The notes under the pieces are model-generated. The model was not told the DNA's origin, searched no databases, and worked only from the letters and a program-made list of their open reading frames with translations. A stretch of 56,952 nt of DNA, filler included, from Jimgerdemannia flammicorona (Eukaryota), in NCBI GenBank assembly GCA_003990765.1. It is 2 parts of 2 records of this genome, joined end to end, with 100 filler letters (N's around TTAATTAATTAA, not from the genome) between each part and the next. Parts side by side here need not be neighbours in the genome. Positions count along the whole stretch, not along the records: positions 1 to 28,432 come from RBNJ01000560.1; 1 more part is not named here. One strand, given 5' to 3'. The translations under genes were made by a program, and so were the position numbers. Positions 1 to 15,392 of the stretch are shown here, in pieces. Positions within the stretch are counted from its first letter, which is position 1; every line of letters begins with the position of its first letter.

Positions 1-480
1 GTAAGTTCTTTATTTTCCTGATTTACTTCCTATTTATTTCCGATTTCATTTTGATTTCTGATTCCTAATTATGTTTCTGTTTGTTTATTCTAAATATATC
101 TTAGATGTGCAATATATTTTTTTTGGTGCCTTGTAGCTTAAAGGCGGATTAAAGACGGGTCTGTGTTGGGTTAAATACGGGTCGGGTCACGTATATTTCT
201 CGGGTTGGGTTAAAGACGGGTTATGTATAATTCCGGGTCGGGTTAAAGACGGGTGACGTACGTTTCCAGGTCGGGTTAAAGATGGGTGACGTATAATTCT
301 GGGTCGGGTTAAAGACGGGTGACATATTATTCCGGGTCGGGTTAAAGACGGGTGACGTATTATTCCGGGTCGGGTTAAAGACGGGTGACGTATAATTCCG
401 GGTCGGGTTAAAGACGGGTGACGTATAATTCCGGGTCGGGTTAAATATGTACACGGGTCGGCTCGGGTTGCGATGCACTA
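1..480 (-). mobile_element. End of a young hAT-like DNA transposon with a 33-bp subterminal tandem array
   Basis: Reverse complement of 27925-28432. Terminus reads 5'-TAGTGCATCGCAAC (CACTA at 476-480 on +). About 7 copies of TTTAACCCGACCCGGAATTATACGTCACCCGTC. CpGs intact. Same TAGTGC start as the 8-bp-TSD MITE at 33681. Confidence 0.65.
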
Positions 481-1456
481 GCCACAATACTCTCAGTTCT
501 GCCACCACTACTCCCAGGAGCCTCTCTGCCAGACCCTGTAGCCATTCTTTTTTCCTTATTACTCTATAATTAGGTCTCCAGATCTGTTAACAAGTATCCA
601 GCCTTAATCTTATCAGTAAAGCTCACTCTATCAGTCTCCTGTCTCCCAACACTACTCTCTTCCCTTCTATATCCTCTAGCCAGTAAGTCCAACAGACTTC
701 CCTCTAAGCTATAACTCCTTTATATATACTATCAGTTGAATATACCAGGGCTGCTCTGTCTAGTATACTTCTCCAATCTCTCATTGGTTATCATATTATT
801 ATCATCTTTACTCCAAAAACTATATCAAAAGCATTGTTAAAAGTTTGTATAATATATATTATAGTAGAGAGAGTTGGGTCAATAAGTTTAGTTTACAGAC
901 TTCTCTATTTATTTAATTGAGATAAGATATCAGATAGTCTATAATAATTTCTTTTGATAGAATGAGGCTATCCCAGCTTTAGTTAATTGCTTGAGAGTAT
1001 ACAGAGTTCATCTTGTTAGAAAATATATATTCTTCTATATCAAGGTTTCTAAAATCTTAATTTAGTTTTAAGAAGAGATTTCTAGGATTTAGCCGTATAA
1101 TGATTTTGAAGATAGTCTGTTCTCCTGGCTCTAGAATGAGATTCTTATGGAGTTTAACTGGTTGGTGATATATTTGTTAGAATATATTCTTCTTGAAGTA
1201 GTTAATCTGAAGGAAATATATCTTCTTTTTATCTGAACTTTTAAATTCTTTAGTCTGTCTTATATCAGAAACCTTTTATAGTTAGAGTATTTTGACCTTC
1301 ATAAAGACTACTTAAGAGACTTTTTCTCTTCTATAGATTCAACTCTTGATAAGATTAAGAGTTAGATTGACCAGGTGTTCCCAGATACCTTTTTTACTTA
1401 ATAAAGTATATCAGGCATAATTATTGAATAAATGTTTATAAGAGATAGTTCTCATA

Positions 1457-2612
1457 TACCTTACTAGTTACAATAGTTTGGTAGGCAACCTTCTGAGTCT
1501 ACTTTTCACAATTATTACCCCCTCTACCTTGGGTTGGTTTGCTGTACCTGTTGCAGAGCAGTGGGAGGGAGGTAATAGTAATGAGTTACCTCTTTATTGG
1601 TATCAGATCAATGTCTTCTCTACTTTTTTATAGTTTTTAGTACCTTTGGCTGCATCTGGAGTACATTCATTTTGGTGTGACATCTTCTTTCTTTTGCTAT
1701 CGCCAATAGGGTGCTGTTTTGGTATGTCTCAGACTACATAGGGAGTTGGTCGACCTTGGGCATCAAGTACTCAGTATAGGTTATCTGCAGGTCCTTAGTA
1801 CCTGTGGTGGGGTTCTCTGGCTTTGGCAAGCTTCCCAGCAAGCATAGTTTTGGAATAGGTGACTGCTTTTTGGATATTGTCAGGATGGGAGGGGAGATGG
1901 CCATCACAGATAGAAGGAAGGGTGATAATAGTGAACCAGTAGAGTACCAGGCTGGGGACAGTCATTGGGGCTAGGACAGGTGCTACTTCAGTGGGGCCTT
2001 TTGATTGGTGTGACATAGTTAGGTGGTAGGTGTCACTCTTGGCTTCTTTTGGCAATTTGATGGATTGAGCCCCAGTCATCAGGGGGGGTCAGAGGGTCCA
2101 AGACTACCTATTTCAGACATCTTGGCTGCACTCAACTGGAACCAGGAGCTGATACATATGGCAATATGATCGAGGCCTGCAGGCTTGAGTAGTAGGGTAT
2201 TGAGAGTCTCCTCCCACCTTATATATAAGTTCTTTACTTACCTCAACTGAGAGAACCAGGCCCTACTCACTATATTGTACTTTGATGAGAGTTTTTCTTT
2301 ACCTATCATTCTCTTTAGAGTGGCAGGGACTATTCTATTTGGCTTGAATATAGTCTTGTACATATATTGAGTTCTTGAGTATGCGCTTTTAGTTATTGGC
2401 ATATAGCTGGATTTCCCCTAGTGGTAGGGAGAGTATAGTATGCAGAATGAGGTACAGGTCAACATAGGCCCTGTTATGCTTAACATGGTTGAGCTGCTGG
2501 ATAATAGCTAGCCTAGGTTAATGGGAGGGCAGGGGTTGATGGGTGGTGGGAGAGGGTTTTGGCCTATATAGTCTAGGTTCCCTTCCAATAAAAATCTACA
2601 GGACATTGAGTC

Positions 2613-2675
<63 letters not shown>
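1457..2675 (+). mobile_element. Non-autonomous poly(A) retroposon (~1.2 kb family), copy 1, decayed
   Basis: AATAAA at 2587, poly(A) 2617-2675, 16-bp TSD AGAGATAGTTCTCATA (1441-1456 / 2676-2691). Homologous to the reverse complement of 42135-43336. Confidence 0.85.
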
Positions 2676-2679
<4 letters not shown>

Positions 2680-5600
2680 ATAGTTCTCATAGTGTATTCT
2701 GGAGTTTGGTTGATAGATAATATGATTGTTAGTAAAAAATATTTATTTGAAAACAAGTACAATTAATATATATAGTTAGTTCTCATACATAATTCAAGCT
2801 CTTAAAGACTCTTCTCAGCTATTTTATATTTATCTTTCAAATTGTAAATCTGTATATTTACAATTACTCTCTATATCTCAGAAACTATTTATAGAGAATA
2901 TATCTTATTAAGGCATAAAAATTACAAGTAAGGGGCTATATATTTTAGGCAGGCTTGATTTATATATATAGATTAGGCAGATCAAATATACCTCTGGATA
3001 ATTAACCATGAAGGACATACATAACTACTAAATAACAATCATAAAGTTTGCCATCTGGTCTACACATAATGATACTACTATAAAATATATTCATGATCAA
3101 CTATCAAATAATAAAATTTTTATCTAAATAATTTTGTAATTATAAATATTATCTTTTTTCTACTACAGATAGTCCACAAAGTACTCATAATATATATCTA
3201 TGATATCAACCTACTTTTGCTTTACAAAAGGAGTCTTTTTTAGTCTTCTTGAAAGTCTCTTCAATAATCAGAAAATATACAATTACTGAGAATATATTTT
3301 ATAAATATATATGTTTACCAAATACATTTAGAAAGATTACTAATAAAAATATATAACAGATATATTTTAGTATATCTAAGCAGATTACAATATATTTGAT
3401 CAATCTCAAATAATACTAAAATTACTATTGTACTAAGTGGGAGTTTCTCCTATAATTTGGATTATAGTTTGCAAACAGTAAGTATACTAACTGATCACTT
3501 GCAAACTTAAAATTAATTATTATTTTACCTGTGTTTGCTATCAAAAATTACTCCAATATATCTCAGAGTACTTTTGTATACCATCTGCTATATAGTGTTT
3601 CTTTGCTTTAAATTTCATATTATTCTTGAACAAAATATTTGACATTAGCTTATAAAGAATAGTAAGTAGATCTTAATAGAATAGCACATATTTATCATCT
3701 AAGTTTTAGATATATGAGTAATGTTAAAAACTTTGCAATTGAAAGACTAATTTGAAAAAGAGAATTACTGAATGTTCATCAATTTAACAGAAACATTAAC
3801 TGTTTAATTATATACTACTCTATTTTTGGCTACTATATCTAAAAGTTTTATCATCTCTCTTAAGTTTATAAACTGGAGAGGCTCATTCACCATTGAAATT
3901 CTTCTATCTGCAAATATATTAAGAAGTTCATCTATAATCTTTTGAGATATATTTCCACTTTGAAACAATAGATTTATGAGTCAAATTTCTCTATCATTCT
4001 TTCAAGGATATAACATTAGCTGTAGATATCTATCTGAGTTTAGAAATAAATTTATTGTACTATATAAGTGCTTTCTTACTATTGATAATCTGACCACTAG
4101 TTAGTTTATAGATAATATGATCTTTGCCAAACTCTAATATAGTAGATGGGCTTCTCTGATCTTAAATTGAATTGTCATTCTCCCTGAATGATTGTCTTTT
4201 CTCTTAAATTAAATTGTCATTTTTATTAAATGATGAACTTTTTTATTCTTAAATTGAAGATAGACTATCACTGCTGATATTATCTTAAATTATATATATA
4301 TACTTAATATAATTATCTGAAATCTTCCAAGTTTATTTATATGGATTACTCAAACTTAAAATATATGTGAAATTTAAAGTTAACTTATGAACTATAGATG
4401 AATTTGTAGATAATAGTAGTGTAATATTAAAGTTACTAAAATCTTGACAAATTGGAAATTTAAAGATAGACTTATTATTCTGATATTATATAAGTATATT
4501 ATGTATCTTACAGATATATCAAGTTAATCCTGAGGCAGATTTTCACTTTAGGTTGCAATATGAGCAAGAAAGCTTTATATTAATATTAGGTTTGAAGTAG
4601 AGAAAGATTTAAAGGATAATATGAATTTTAATAGTAAGTTTGCAAATACAAAACATACTAGCCTAAAATGGAATTCTTTAAATTCTTTATCTGATTGGTT
4701 TTGCACTTTTGCTCTTAATATACTTGCTTGATATACTTGCTTGATGTACTTGTTTAATATATACTTATTTAATATATACTTATTTAACATACTTATACTT
4801 TATCATATTAATCAAACTCATTATGTCATCATATTAACTAAATGTAAGTAAGCAAGCTTTATATTCACTTATTAGACTTTCTGATATCTATATATATATA
4901 TCTATTATAAATATTATAGATATAAAAAGAGATCTTTATCTGAAAAAAATGTGTTTTTTCTTACTCTCTTCCCTACTACAATCTCTTTATATCTAAAGAC
5001 AACAGATCACATCCTAAGACAAACAAAATATACTCAGTATGAATAATAAGTACTAAGCTATAAATAATATATACTAAGCTATGAACAAATCACCTCAGTT
5101 CTATAAAACCAAGAAGTAGCAGACCATAGACAGACCACAGACCATAAAGGTATGTAAAACTAAAAAGCAGATCACAGATAGGCTGCACCAGACCACAAAT
5201 GTATACAAAACCAAGTAGACTACATTGTACCTAGATAAGATTAATATCAGTAAGTTTATGGCTTCCAACTTCAATAAGGGGGCAGCTAAATAGCAAAAGA
5301 CTATATAAGATCAAGGTGAAAACAGAGTTGATGAATAAGGTAGGAGTGGTGAACAAGGTGGAAATAATGAATGATCTGAGCTTATAATTCAGGATGATGA
5401 GGTATTTCCATATGGTTTAGATAATGAGGTACTTTCAGATAAAGAGGTGCTTTCAGATAATAAGGTACTTCTAGACAACAAGGTGCTTTCAGATGATAAA
5501 TTGCTTCAGGATAATGATGTGAGGCTCATTTGGTCAGATATGTAGAACAGATAGTTAAGTAAGATAGAAAAAGAAATGAGTAAGTTGTTTTTAAAAATAA

Positions 5601-6949
5601 GTTCATAAATTATAGTTTATATATTATAGCTTATTTATAAATATGAATTGAATTTTCTTATCATAATTTAGCAAATCTATAAATATCAGCAACCTCTGCC
5701 AGAAATATAAGATTAATGAAGTAATCTGAAAGCTTATAGTAGACATACTTCTTTATCATCTTTTTCTTGAAAATCTTTTCCAAAGTGCAATAGTAATCTA
5801 AAAACAAATATTATCATTAAAATTTTGAAGAATATAAGCTTAAAGACCAAAGACAGCAATAGTTCAATTTATGCTATAATGAGTATTTCATTCACATTTT
5901 GTTTGTATATTTATTTGATAGTTCATAAACTCAACCATTTTCATTTTTATTAAAAAAATAGCTACACTATCAGATTACAATCTGCTATTTATACATTTGT
6001 GAAATCTTTGATAAAAAGTTCAATTAAATTTTCTCTGATATAGAATAGCTAAGATCTATAGCTCCAAAAGATCTTACTTATACTCACCAATAAGCAGTAT
6101 AATATTTGTGAGTCTAGAATAATTTCATTTATCTGAAAGATGATAAGGGTGAGCTTAGCAAGCTATTCTATAGTAACTATATAAAGTAACTACTCTATTT
6201 TATATTCTTTAAATAGAAACCTCAGTTCATAAATATATTTCAAAAAGATAAACATATTAATCATTATACAGATATCATTATTTGTATATTTGTAAGTATA
6301 TTTTCAAGTTTATGAATTTATATTTACTAATATATACTTATTCAGCATATACTTATTTTTTTATATAATTACAGCTAAATTATATTACCTGGCCTGATGT
6401 CTTATCAAGAACTTTTAATGAAAGTAAGTATAAGAAAATATATATTGAGATGATCAATATCCTCAATGTTCTTCTTTTATTGAACAAGAATAATCTGATC
6501 TAAGAGAGAGATAAGCAGAATATAGAGAAGAATATATAGTAAAAGGAACTGTTTATGGAAGAAAAAAGTATTTGTAATAGAAAAGTATCTATAGAGAGAA
6601 ATGTTCATAAGAATATTTATAAATAAAAAAAGAAATAAAATGGTTTTTTTTTTAGAAATTCTACTTTATATTCACTCATTGTTTATAAGCTATTTATATC
6701 TATAGATTATAAGTTCATACTTGCATTAAAGAGTTCATATCTATGGAATATCAGTTCATACTCATATTAAAGAATTCATATCTATCATTAATGAAAAATA
6801 TTTATATCTATAGTAAATATTTAAATCTATATATATATATATATTTCTATTTGTAAAATATATTCAAGTTTATAATATACTATTATAAACATATACTAGA
6901 ATTTATAGATCTCTGATAAATATACTTAGAACTGAATAATTTTTTTATA

Positions 6950-8400
6950 ATGTTATAATGAATAGGAAATACCAATAAGATGAAAAGTGACCACTTGTTG
7001 ACAAAGCTATATTTAAGTAGTTCTTGATGATATAAGTATATAGACTGTCTGTATCAAGTAGTATGCTCTACCATAAGGTCACATTTTTTATACTAAGCTA
7101 TATACATATATGAGTATTTATCAACTAAGTTGCTAGAAGGGTTTGCTATATCAAGTAGTTGGCTTTTTGGCTTCAAGAGCTGCTATAGGATCTCAAACTA
7201 TTATTTCAAAAGAGAGGCAGATTTTGTAGATTCTCAAGTTATAGTATAAGGCTGTACTGACTTCCAGATACTTCTTAAGTCATGACTACTAAAGCAGATT
7301 TTTAACTATAATGAGATGGGACTCTTCTTCAGACTCAGTCCAAGTATGACACTTGTTACTAGTTGAGTAAAGGGTGTAAAATAAGATAAGAAATAGCTTA
7401 CTATCTTCTTTATAGTAAATACAATGAGTATAGTAAAATATTGGCCTCTTATTATTAGTAAGTTAGCTCAACTCTACTACTATAAGAATGTCAATATATC
7501 AATACTCTCTATAGATTATTTTTCAAATCCAAAAGCATAGATATAAGAGGATATCTGAATAATATATCTCTCTAAGTAAGATATAGAGATCACTTATTCA
7601 ATATGTATCAAGATTCTCCTTCTTATCAATAATACTACTAATCATATTAATGTCTCAAACCTCAAATATATTAAAGTTTGAACTCTTCTTCTAAATATGA
7701 CTGCTCATTTACAACTAATAAATGTAATTATTATTCATATATTCAAGATCTATTATTATTGCAATATTGTCAAGCAGTGGGTGACAATGATAGAGAGAAA
7801 CAGTAAGGTGACTAGAAAGCTCTAGCTCAATGTGAAGAAGGTAATTGATCATATTAGTATAGTATGGAATGAGATATCAGCTCAGATGATTACTCACTAT
7901 TTTCATAAGACTAGACTTTTCTCTGTGACCCTTGCTACAGATCTCAAAAACTCAATAGAACTATGATCAGAGATGCAGCACCTTATTGTAGACCTTACTA
8001 ATCTTCTCAATATTATTATACTATAAGATTCAGAATTAGTAAATATATCAATAGAAGAATATATTAATATAGATAAGAATATTGAGACAGAGATTAAATT
8101 GACAGATGATACTATTATTGATCAGCTGTTTGAGGACCAAAAAGAGATCCAGCAAGTACTATCAGATTTACCAGATGATGAAATAATCATCTCTTTATTC
8201 AAAGAAGAGATCACAATCATCTAAGCTATAAAGAATCTGATTTTTTTAAATAGCAATAATACAGATGACAAGCTCATGATATCTTTAAACAACTTCCAAT
8301 ATTACTATACTATCAAAGTATTCACTCAACAAAAGCAGATCTTAATTATATCTTTTTTTATTTCAGAAAAGAAATATAAGGCTCTAGATAGTACCAGAAG
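6950..8400 (+). pseudogene. pogo/Tigger-like (DDE_1) transposase remnant
   Basis: Decayed motifs NEMGLFFRLSPS (~7310, cf. DETGLF), ILLLINNTTNH (~7614, cf. LLLLDNAPSH) and LLLNMTAHLQLINVIII (~7685, cf. FLPPNTTSxLQPLDxGII). Many stops. TIRs not resolved. Confidence 0.75.
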
Positions 8401-9961
8401 GTATAAATAGAAGAGTAGTATAAATTGGCCTTTTTTTATATATAAATTTGTTATAATAAAAATCTGATTTCTAGGAATATATCATCTTTTTATATTATAA
8501 TCTAATATTGCTATATCTAATTTTACTTAAAAATCTGATATTAGTATTATAACTCATTATTATATACAACTTATCATTTTTTAGAGTAGGCTGATCTGTT
8601 CTAGACTGACTATTATTACAAGTTAAGTTTTGCTATAACCTATATATTATAAGTCATATCAGACTATACTATATAATATCTTCACTGAGTATAAATTATT
8701 CTTGAGCTGAGGCTTCTATAGTAGTAAGTCTCTATATTCTAATATTGAGATATAGTTATCAGACTCTAGTAGAGAGATCTTAGAAATAGTTAATTTTTCT
8801 TTTTTTAGTAAGATCTAGGACTTCTATAAAGTTAATAGTATCCTTTATTCATTCTTGATAAGTTGTATATATATCTAATGAGAGCTAGGATATTATCTTC
8901 TAGATTATAGATCTTGAGAATCCTTTTTATAGATTTCTTAATTTAGTCTTTTCAAATCCTAGCTCTGTTATCTTTTCTCTTGAGTATATATACTACAATA
9001 TCTTAGCTGAGATATATCTTCTCATACTGGCAGATTTGGCAGCTTAAGTGTTTTCTATAGTAATATTATTTTATTACTTAGAAGTACTGTTTTCAGTTAT
9101 CAACTTCTTTCTATCTTAGAAATCAGTAACTATCTCTATCATAGGTAGGGAGAAGAGTGGCTAGAAGATATACTTTTGTACAAATAAAGTGATCTCTTTT
9201 ACAGAATTATTTTGCTAATATTGTAGCTATTTCTTAAAATATAGTTATCTATACAATAGTTACTAGAGATACTGATTCAGAGTATCTTTGTTTTTCTTAT
9301 TAATCTAATAGATAATACTGATAGCAGTAATCTCAGAAAGAGTGAAAGATTATTTGATACTAATATCTTTTAAACTAAAAAGTTCTTTTTTGGTTTTTTT
9401 CTTATCTTGAGATAATAGTAACTATACTTGGCCCTTTTTTAATATTTTAGAAATTATTATCTTCTAGTAATATCTAGTAAGAGTTATATCAAGGAATTAG
9501 CTCAGTGAGTTCTTCTACTTTAGAAATCTCTTTATCAGCTATTTCTTATTCCTAAACTGCTTATACCTCTGCAGCTTCAATTGTGAGATCAGATATCTTC
9601 TATAAGTAGTTGTATTTCTTCTTCTTTCTTCTTCATTTGGGATATACTATATTAAGAGAGTTCTTTGTTCCAATAATCTTAAAGAAGTATTTAGGACATT
9701 TATATCTTTTAAGATAGATGAGACATCCTTTGACTTGTTCAACAATAACACTGATTGTTATAAAGATGATATCTTATATCTATATATTGTCCTCTGACCT
9801 GTCATCTACCAGGTTAATTTATAGGTAAGGTTTGGAGTAATTCTCATTATTAGATTCTTTCTCTTCATCTGTGGTAGATTCTTTACTACTGATATATTTT
9901 TCTTAAATAGTGATCTTCTTTTTCTTTTTGGATTACTTGTAACTAGTTATCTGATTTGATA

Positions 9962-11210
9962 TATTATAATAAGCAGCAGAAATCATACTACTAAAAATAT
10001 TATAAACATATCATACTGGATATACAAAAATAGTCAAATATGTCTGAGTATACAAAAAGATAGTCAAACATATCTGGGTATACAAAAAGACAGTTAAACA
10101 TATCTAGATAACTAGAACTACTTTATCATGACAACTTATATAATTAGCCAGATATACCAGAAAGGATATCTGTATAGAATCTGAATATTTATACAAGACC
10201 TAAATACTTATATAGGATCTAACTTATATAGAACCAGAAATACCTATTATAAATAGTCTTTTATAATTAGCCATATAGTAACTAGATAGCAACCAGCTTA
10301 TATAAAATACCCCAGAGATAAGAGTGAATAAACCTCAGTCCAAATTGAAGTACAAACTAAAGAAGTCTCTAAAGATTGAGCATTGGTCCCCTTTTCTCAC
10401 TCTGGTCCACTTTCTAATATAAAGAATAAGTCTGTTTTTGGTCTGCTTACCAGATAAGTCTGAAAAATCTAAGTTATTTAAGAAGTCCACCAATTTAAGA
10501 AGAATCTGTATCATCCACCATTTTCAAGTTATTTACTACTATTTTCAGAGAGCCTGATTCTTGTCACCAAGCCAGTCTATCTGATATAACTTCACAGTAG
10601 AGCTAGTCTATAATATAACCCTATACAAATAAAGCCAGTCTTGACATAACTTGCTAAGAATCTATATCTGAGTTATCCAGATTATCTGCTATCTAAGTTA
10701 TTCATCTATTCTTAATAAGTCTATCAATTTAGGAAGAATCTGTAACATCTGAGTTATCTATACTATTTGAGTTATCTGAATTATCTAATATTTCCAGAAG
10801 AATCTACTGATCTACACTAGATCAAGCTATCTACCAAATCTACATAAGGAATCCACTTGTGCTACATGGAGATTAGCATGCTATACAAGAGATTATTATA
10901 TAGAAATTACCTAAGAAAACTGCTAAACTGCCAGACTATTATATGTAAGGAGATCATCATGCTATACAAAAATTATCCACCACTCTAAAAGAAAGCCACT
11001 TGCACCATACATCTATAAATCACTGCTATATTTAGAAAACTGTCTCAATAAGGAAATCTATCAGAATTGACCACTATATCTAGATTTGATCATTATATTA
11101 CTAAATACCAAGAATATTTTATTACTTTTGACAAAGTAACTAGGGGCTCAAACCAAAATACATCAACCTCCAATCTTGTAATTTACCTCCATTGAGTCAG
11201 GCACATTATA
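9962..11210 (+). repeat. 5' LTR of Gypsy A
   Basis: Colinear with 26655-27555 and with a minus-strand relative at 31881-34421. Internal ~30-bp tandem (TATACAAAAAGACAGTCAAACATATCTGG). Followed by TTTGAGAGCTCAACTGG, a conserved PBS-like site. Confidence 0.75.
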
Positions 11211-14200
11211 TTTGAGAGCTCAACTGGAAAAGATTTCAAAATTAATGTGACTTTTTAGCTCACAAGAACCCACAGTCAAACTGGATATATTTGATATAAT
11301 ACTAATCTCTATTACTATAGGAGAATCAGTTATTACCAGCATTTAGACAGGAAGAGAAGTAATTACCTCAAGACTTGCCAACTACTCAATATTGGAGAAA
11401 TCTCAACCAGAAGTCAGTATAGTACAGAATCCTCAGCTAGTACTAACAGACTTATTATAGGATCAACCAGATCAACCAGATTATACAGACAGCCCTGCCA
11501 GAGTTTTTGACAAGCTTATATAACAATTTAAAGACCTTATTGCATGAGCCCAAGTTCCTGTAGAAGACCTACCAATTTTGCTCATTGATCTCCTACTACT
11601 AGCTGCTACAGAACAGAAAGACCAAGGAGTAGCTCCTTTAAGAATACTCAGACCTATTCTATCTCACCCAAGATCTCCTATAACATCCTCAGGATATCCA
11701 TCTCAAATTCTAGCAATAACTCAGAAAGTAAATCAGAATCAGTACTAGAATTAAAATCAGAATCAGAGTTAGATTCAGTACCAGAATCAGAACCAGAACT
11801 AGAACCAGAAGATAGTAATGATGAAATAGTCACTCCATTACCAACCTTTGCAGAATATGCTGAAGAAGACCCAAGAGAATTTCTTGATAGAATAGAAGGA
11901 ATTACAGCTCTGAAAAATCTTACTTCTGAAAGAAAAATCACTATCTATAAGACCCAACTCAGAGAACCAGCCAAAGAAATCTTTATCTAAGCAAAGAATA
12001 ATCTAAACTCAGATCTTGGAGCAGCCATCATTACAGCAACAACTTGGCTAGCAGAGTATCAAGCTATAAACTACTAACTCATTGAGAAGTATATATAAAA
12101 TGAGACCTACCATAAGACTCAAAAATCTATCATGGGAATGAAGATAAATCTTGGAGAATTATCTAGAGCCTTCTTTACAAGGATCTAGAAGAGAATGCAT
12201 GCAGCCAGGTTCAGTGCTACCAAATAAGATATCATAGATCCAATGACCTTTATGAATGAAATTCCTCCAAACATTGCTCAGCATATCTACATCTTAGACA
12301 TTAGAAGGTCTAAGGAATATATAGATGCAGCTCAAGGATTTTTTGATGTTAGACAAGGAACTACCTAGAGTGATCATGACAAGAAGGATGACAAAGAAGA
12401 CATCCTGGTCAAAGCTCTGCAAGGACTCCTCTAAGGACAGAAAAGATCTGAAGAAAGAAGACCAGTCAAAGAAGGAAAGAAGAATAGAAGTGAAATTTAA
12501 AACCTCAGTTCTAAGTTAGACTAATTGGTTGGATAGATAAAAAAAACTGACCACATGCAAAAATCAGAGTTATCAACAAGATAACAGAGAATATCTACTA
12601 CAGAGGAACCAAGATTATCTACTCAGAGATAATAGGAACTACTAGCAAGAAGAAAGAAGATATCTTGTCTGAGATAGAGCTCAAGTCCAGTGCTTCTACT
12701 GTAGACAATTTGGATACTATGCCACTGAATATGATAATAAAAGAAGTGACCAAAGAGACTCAGAACCACTAAACTGAAGGAATGAAACTCAGTATAAGAA
12801 GACTAAAGCCTACCCTGTCAAAGACTTTGAGAAAGAAAGCAACAGTGAAGACTATAGTGACCTGGACTTGTATCCAGCCAAAGTCATCACCTGAAAGACA
12901 GTTTACCCAGTAAAGAAAAAGAAGAGACCTGTAGAAAGACCATCTAGGAATATCAGTAGAAGAATCCAAGAGAAAGATGAAGAATATGAAGAGGAGCAAG
13001 TAGAAATACCTCTCTGGTCTCCCTCACCTTCTACTCTTGAGACAAGTGAACTACTCCTAGAAGATAAAGAAATAGATTAAGAAGAACAAGGACCCATGGC
13101 TCCAAAGATCAAGAAGAAGTACACTCCAAAGATCAAACCCAGGGACATCTATGATGAAGCCTGACAGAAGATTCAGAAAGCTAAGATGAAAGTCCCCCTT
13201 CTGCAATTCTTATAGCTTATACCTGCTAGAGTCTGAAATAAGTTATTGAGAAGCACTAGGTTTAGCACTGGCCAAGTTCCAATCCCACAACAAGAATCAG
13301 TTCCAATCTCTATTCAAGCTATGGAAAGACATGTCAGTATCTACCTATATAGAGATATTGAAGAACAAAAGGTGAAAATTCTCATTGATACAGGAGTAGC
13401 TATCTATATCATTGCCAAATAATTTCTGGACACTCTTCAATGACCTATTGGTAGACCATCCAATCTCAGTATTATAGTAGCAGATAGGACCTGCACTCAA
13501 CCCCTGAGAGAAGTACAAAACATTACTATCTCTCTGAGACATATCTAGTTCTCTATCTCCAAAGCTTTTATTACTAAAGCTATTATCTACAATATGATCC
13601 TTGGCACCAACTGAATGAAGAAGATGAATGCAGTTGTTAATATTGACCAGCAAGTACTGAAGTTTGACTACTAAGGAAAAAAGTATAGAGTAAAGATGAC
13701 CAGCTATGAACAATTGAAGAAAAAAAAGAAGATTACTATTCAGAAAGAATATGCCAACAGTGAAAAGTCTACTATAGAAAAGAAAGAAGAATCTAAAGAT
13801 AGAAATGACTTTAGACTCAATCCCTAAATAAATCTAATAGATGATTGGCCAGAAGACAATGTATCTATCTCTATTACAATTAAAGTAATTGCAGAATAAA
13901 TCAAAGGATGCCCCATCTGCCTCAAGAGACACAAGTGCCCTGAGCACTCCTCCAAGATCATTAGGATAAGGAATTCGCCTGGCACAGCCTGCCCTAAGTG
14001 TAGAAGGAAGAAGAAGAAATGCAGACATATTCCAGAGACACCTACAGCTAAAGCTACAGAAGTATAAGCAATCTGGGGTCAAGAATCATCTGAGGAAGAA
14101 GAAATCCCTGAACAGGAGATTCCTGAACAAAAAGTATCTGAAGAAGAAGAGGTCTCTGAACTCATTCCCTAGGATGACTCTTACTGGACACCACCTGAAG

Positions 14201-15004
14201 ATAATGGTCTATGGAATATGGAAGAAGGACCCAGTATAATCCCCATTGTTCTCAAGTAAGAAATACATCAAGAAAGAGCTTTTCAGCTAGGAAGATGTCT
14301 ATATCAAATGATCTTCCACTCTCCCTGAGACTACTGCTATCAGTGTCATCTACTGGACCAATAAGAAAAACAAAGATCTCAAAAATTAGAACTCCCAATC
14401 ACAGTTGCACAGTCAACTATCTTCTAAGAAGTAATCACTAAGTTGCAAAGTCAATTTAGGAGATAAGGTCTCTTTATCTGAACAGAAGTATATCCCTTAA
14501 CTACTCTTCCACCAATCTATGATAAAGATGGATACTGATTCCCAAGACAACAAGAGATCAACAACTGGGAATAGCATTTTCAAGCAATGGAATTATAATT
14601 ATAGAAGACACTCAGATTGCTGAGACTGCAGACATCAGAAGATTTACCTTAGTCAGGATATTACAATTCACACCTTGAAGAGAGGAGATAACAGAGATCA
14701 GATTCAAAAAAGCCAGACCAAGAAACTAGGAAGAAAGACTCTCAAGATTTATAATTTGGAAGAAGACATCCTAGCTCTCATCAGACATACATTCTGCTAA
14801 GAATGAATAAAATATACTACTAATTTCATGGAAGCCCTAGACCCTATAAGAAAGAAAGGAATCAATTATCTTCAAGATCCCTCTACTGGAGCCAGATGGC
14901 CACACCTCAATCTCAGAGCCTGGAGACTTCCTACTAGTAGAGCTTCAGTTCAAGGATAGCCTGAACTCAGTAAGGATATTGCCCAGTATGCCCTGCTATA
15001 TCTC

Positions 15005-15392
15005 AAGGCCAAACCTCTGACCAAAGCTCACCAAGAAGATATAGGGTATGACCTTTATAGTCTGGAGGATGAACCCATTAAGTCTGGAAGAATACTGATA
15101 TTCAGAACTGAACTAGTTATGCAGTTACTCTAAGAAACTTACATCCAACTGACCTCAAGGTCTGGACTTGCCAGACAAGGAATAACTGTAGAAGGAGGAA
15201 CCATGGACCCAGGATATACAGGTGAAATCAAGATCATCCTGCACAACAGTAGTACAGAATAGTACTAAATTATTAGAGGACAGAAGATTGCCCAAGTAGT
15301 CTTTATGAAGATCAAGACTCCACAATTACATATAAGAAGTCTCCAAACTGATTAAAGAATCAAGGCAAGCTGAAGGATTTGGAAGCTCAGAC
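15005..15392 (+). pseudogene. dut: dUTPase domain in Gypsy A pol
   Basis: All five trimeric dUTPase motifs in order: IGYDL, SRSGLA, GGTMDPGYTGEIK, GQKIAQ, RQAEGFGSSD. In-frame stops present. Confidence 0.9.

Noticed and set aside
221..508. ORFs with VFNPTRNYTSP repeats (also 27927-28217); possible CRISPR-like array
   Set aside because: Translation of a 33-bp tandem repeat with no unique spacers and no cas genes, in a eukaryotic context.
1795..2079. Antisense ORF recurring in retroposon copies (also 17794-18120)
   Set aside because: The same frame has a stop in the youngest copy (~42902). No recognisable domain.
2700..6900. Coding-like AT-rich remnants with short tandem repeats
   Set aside because: Probably old TE debris, but too decayed to assign a family. 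The same applies to 481-1440, 8670-9960 and 34450-35600.
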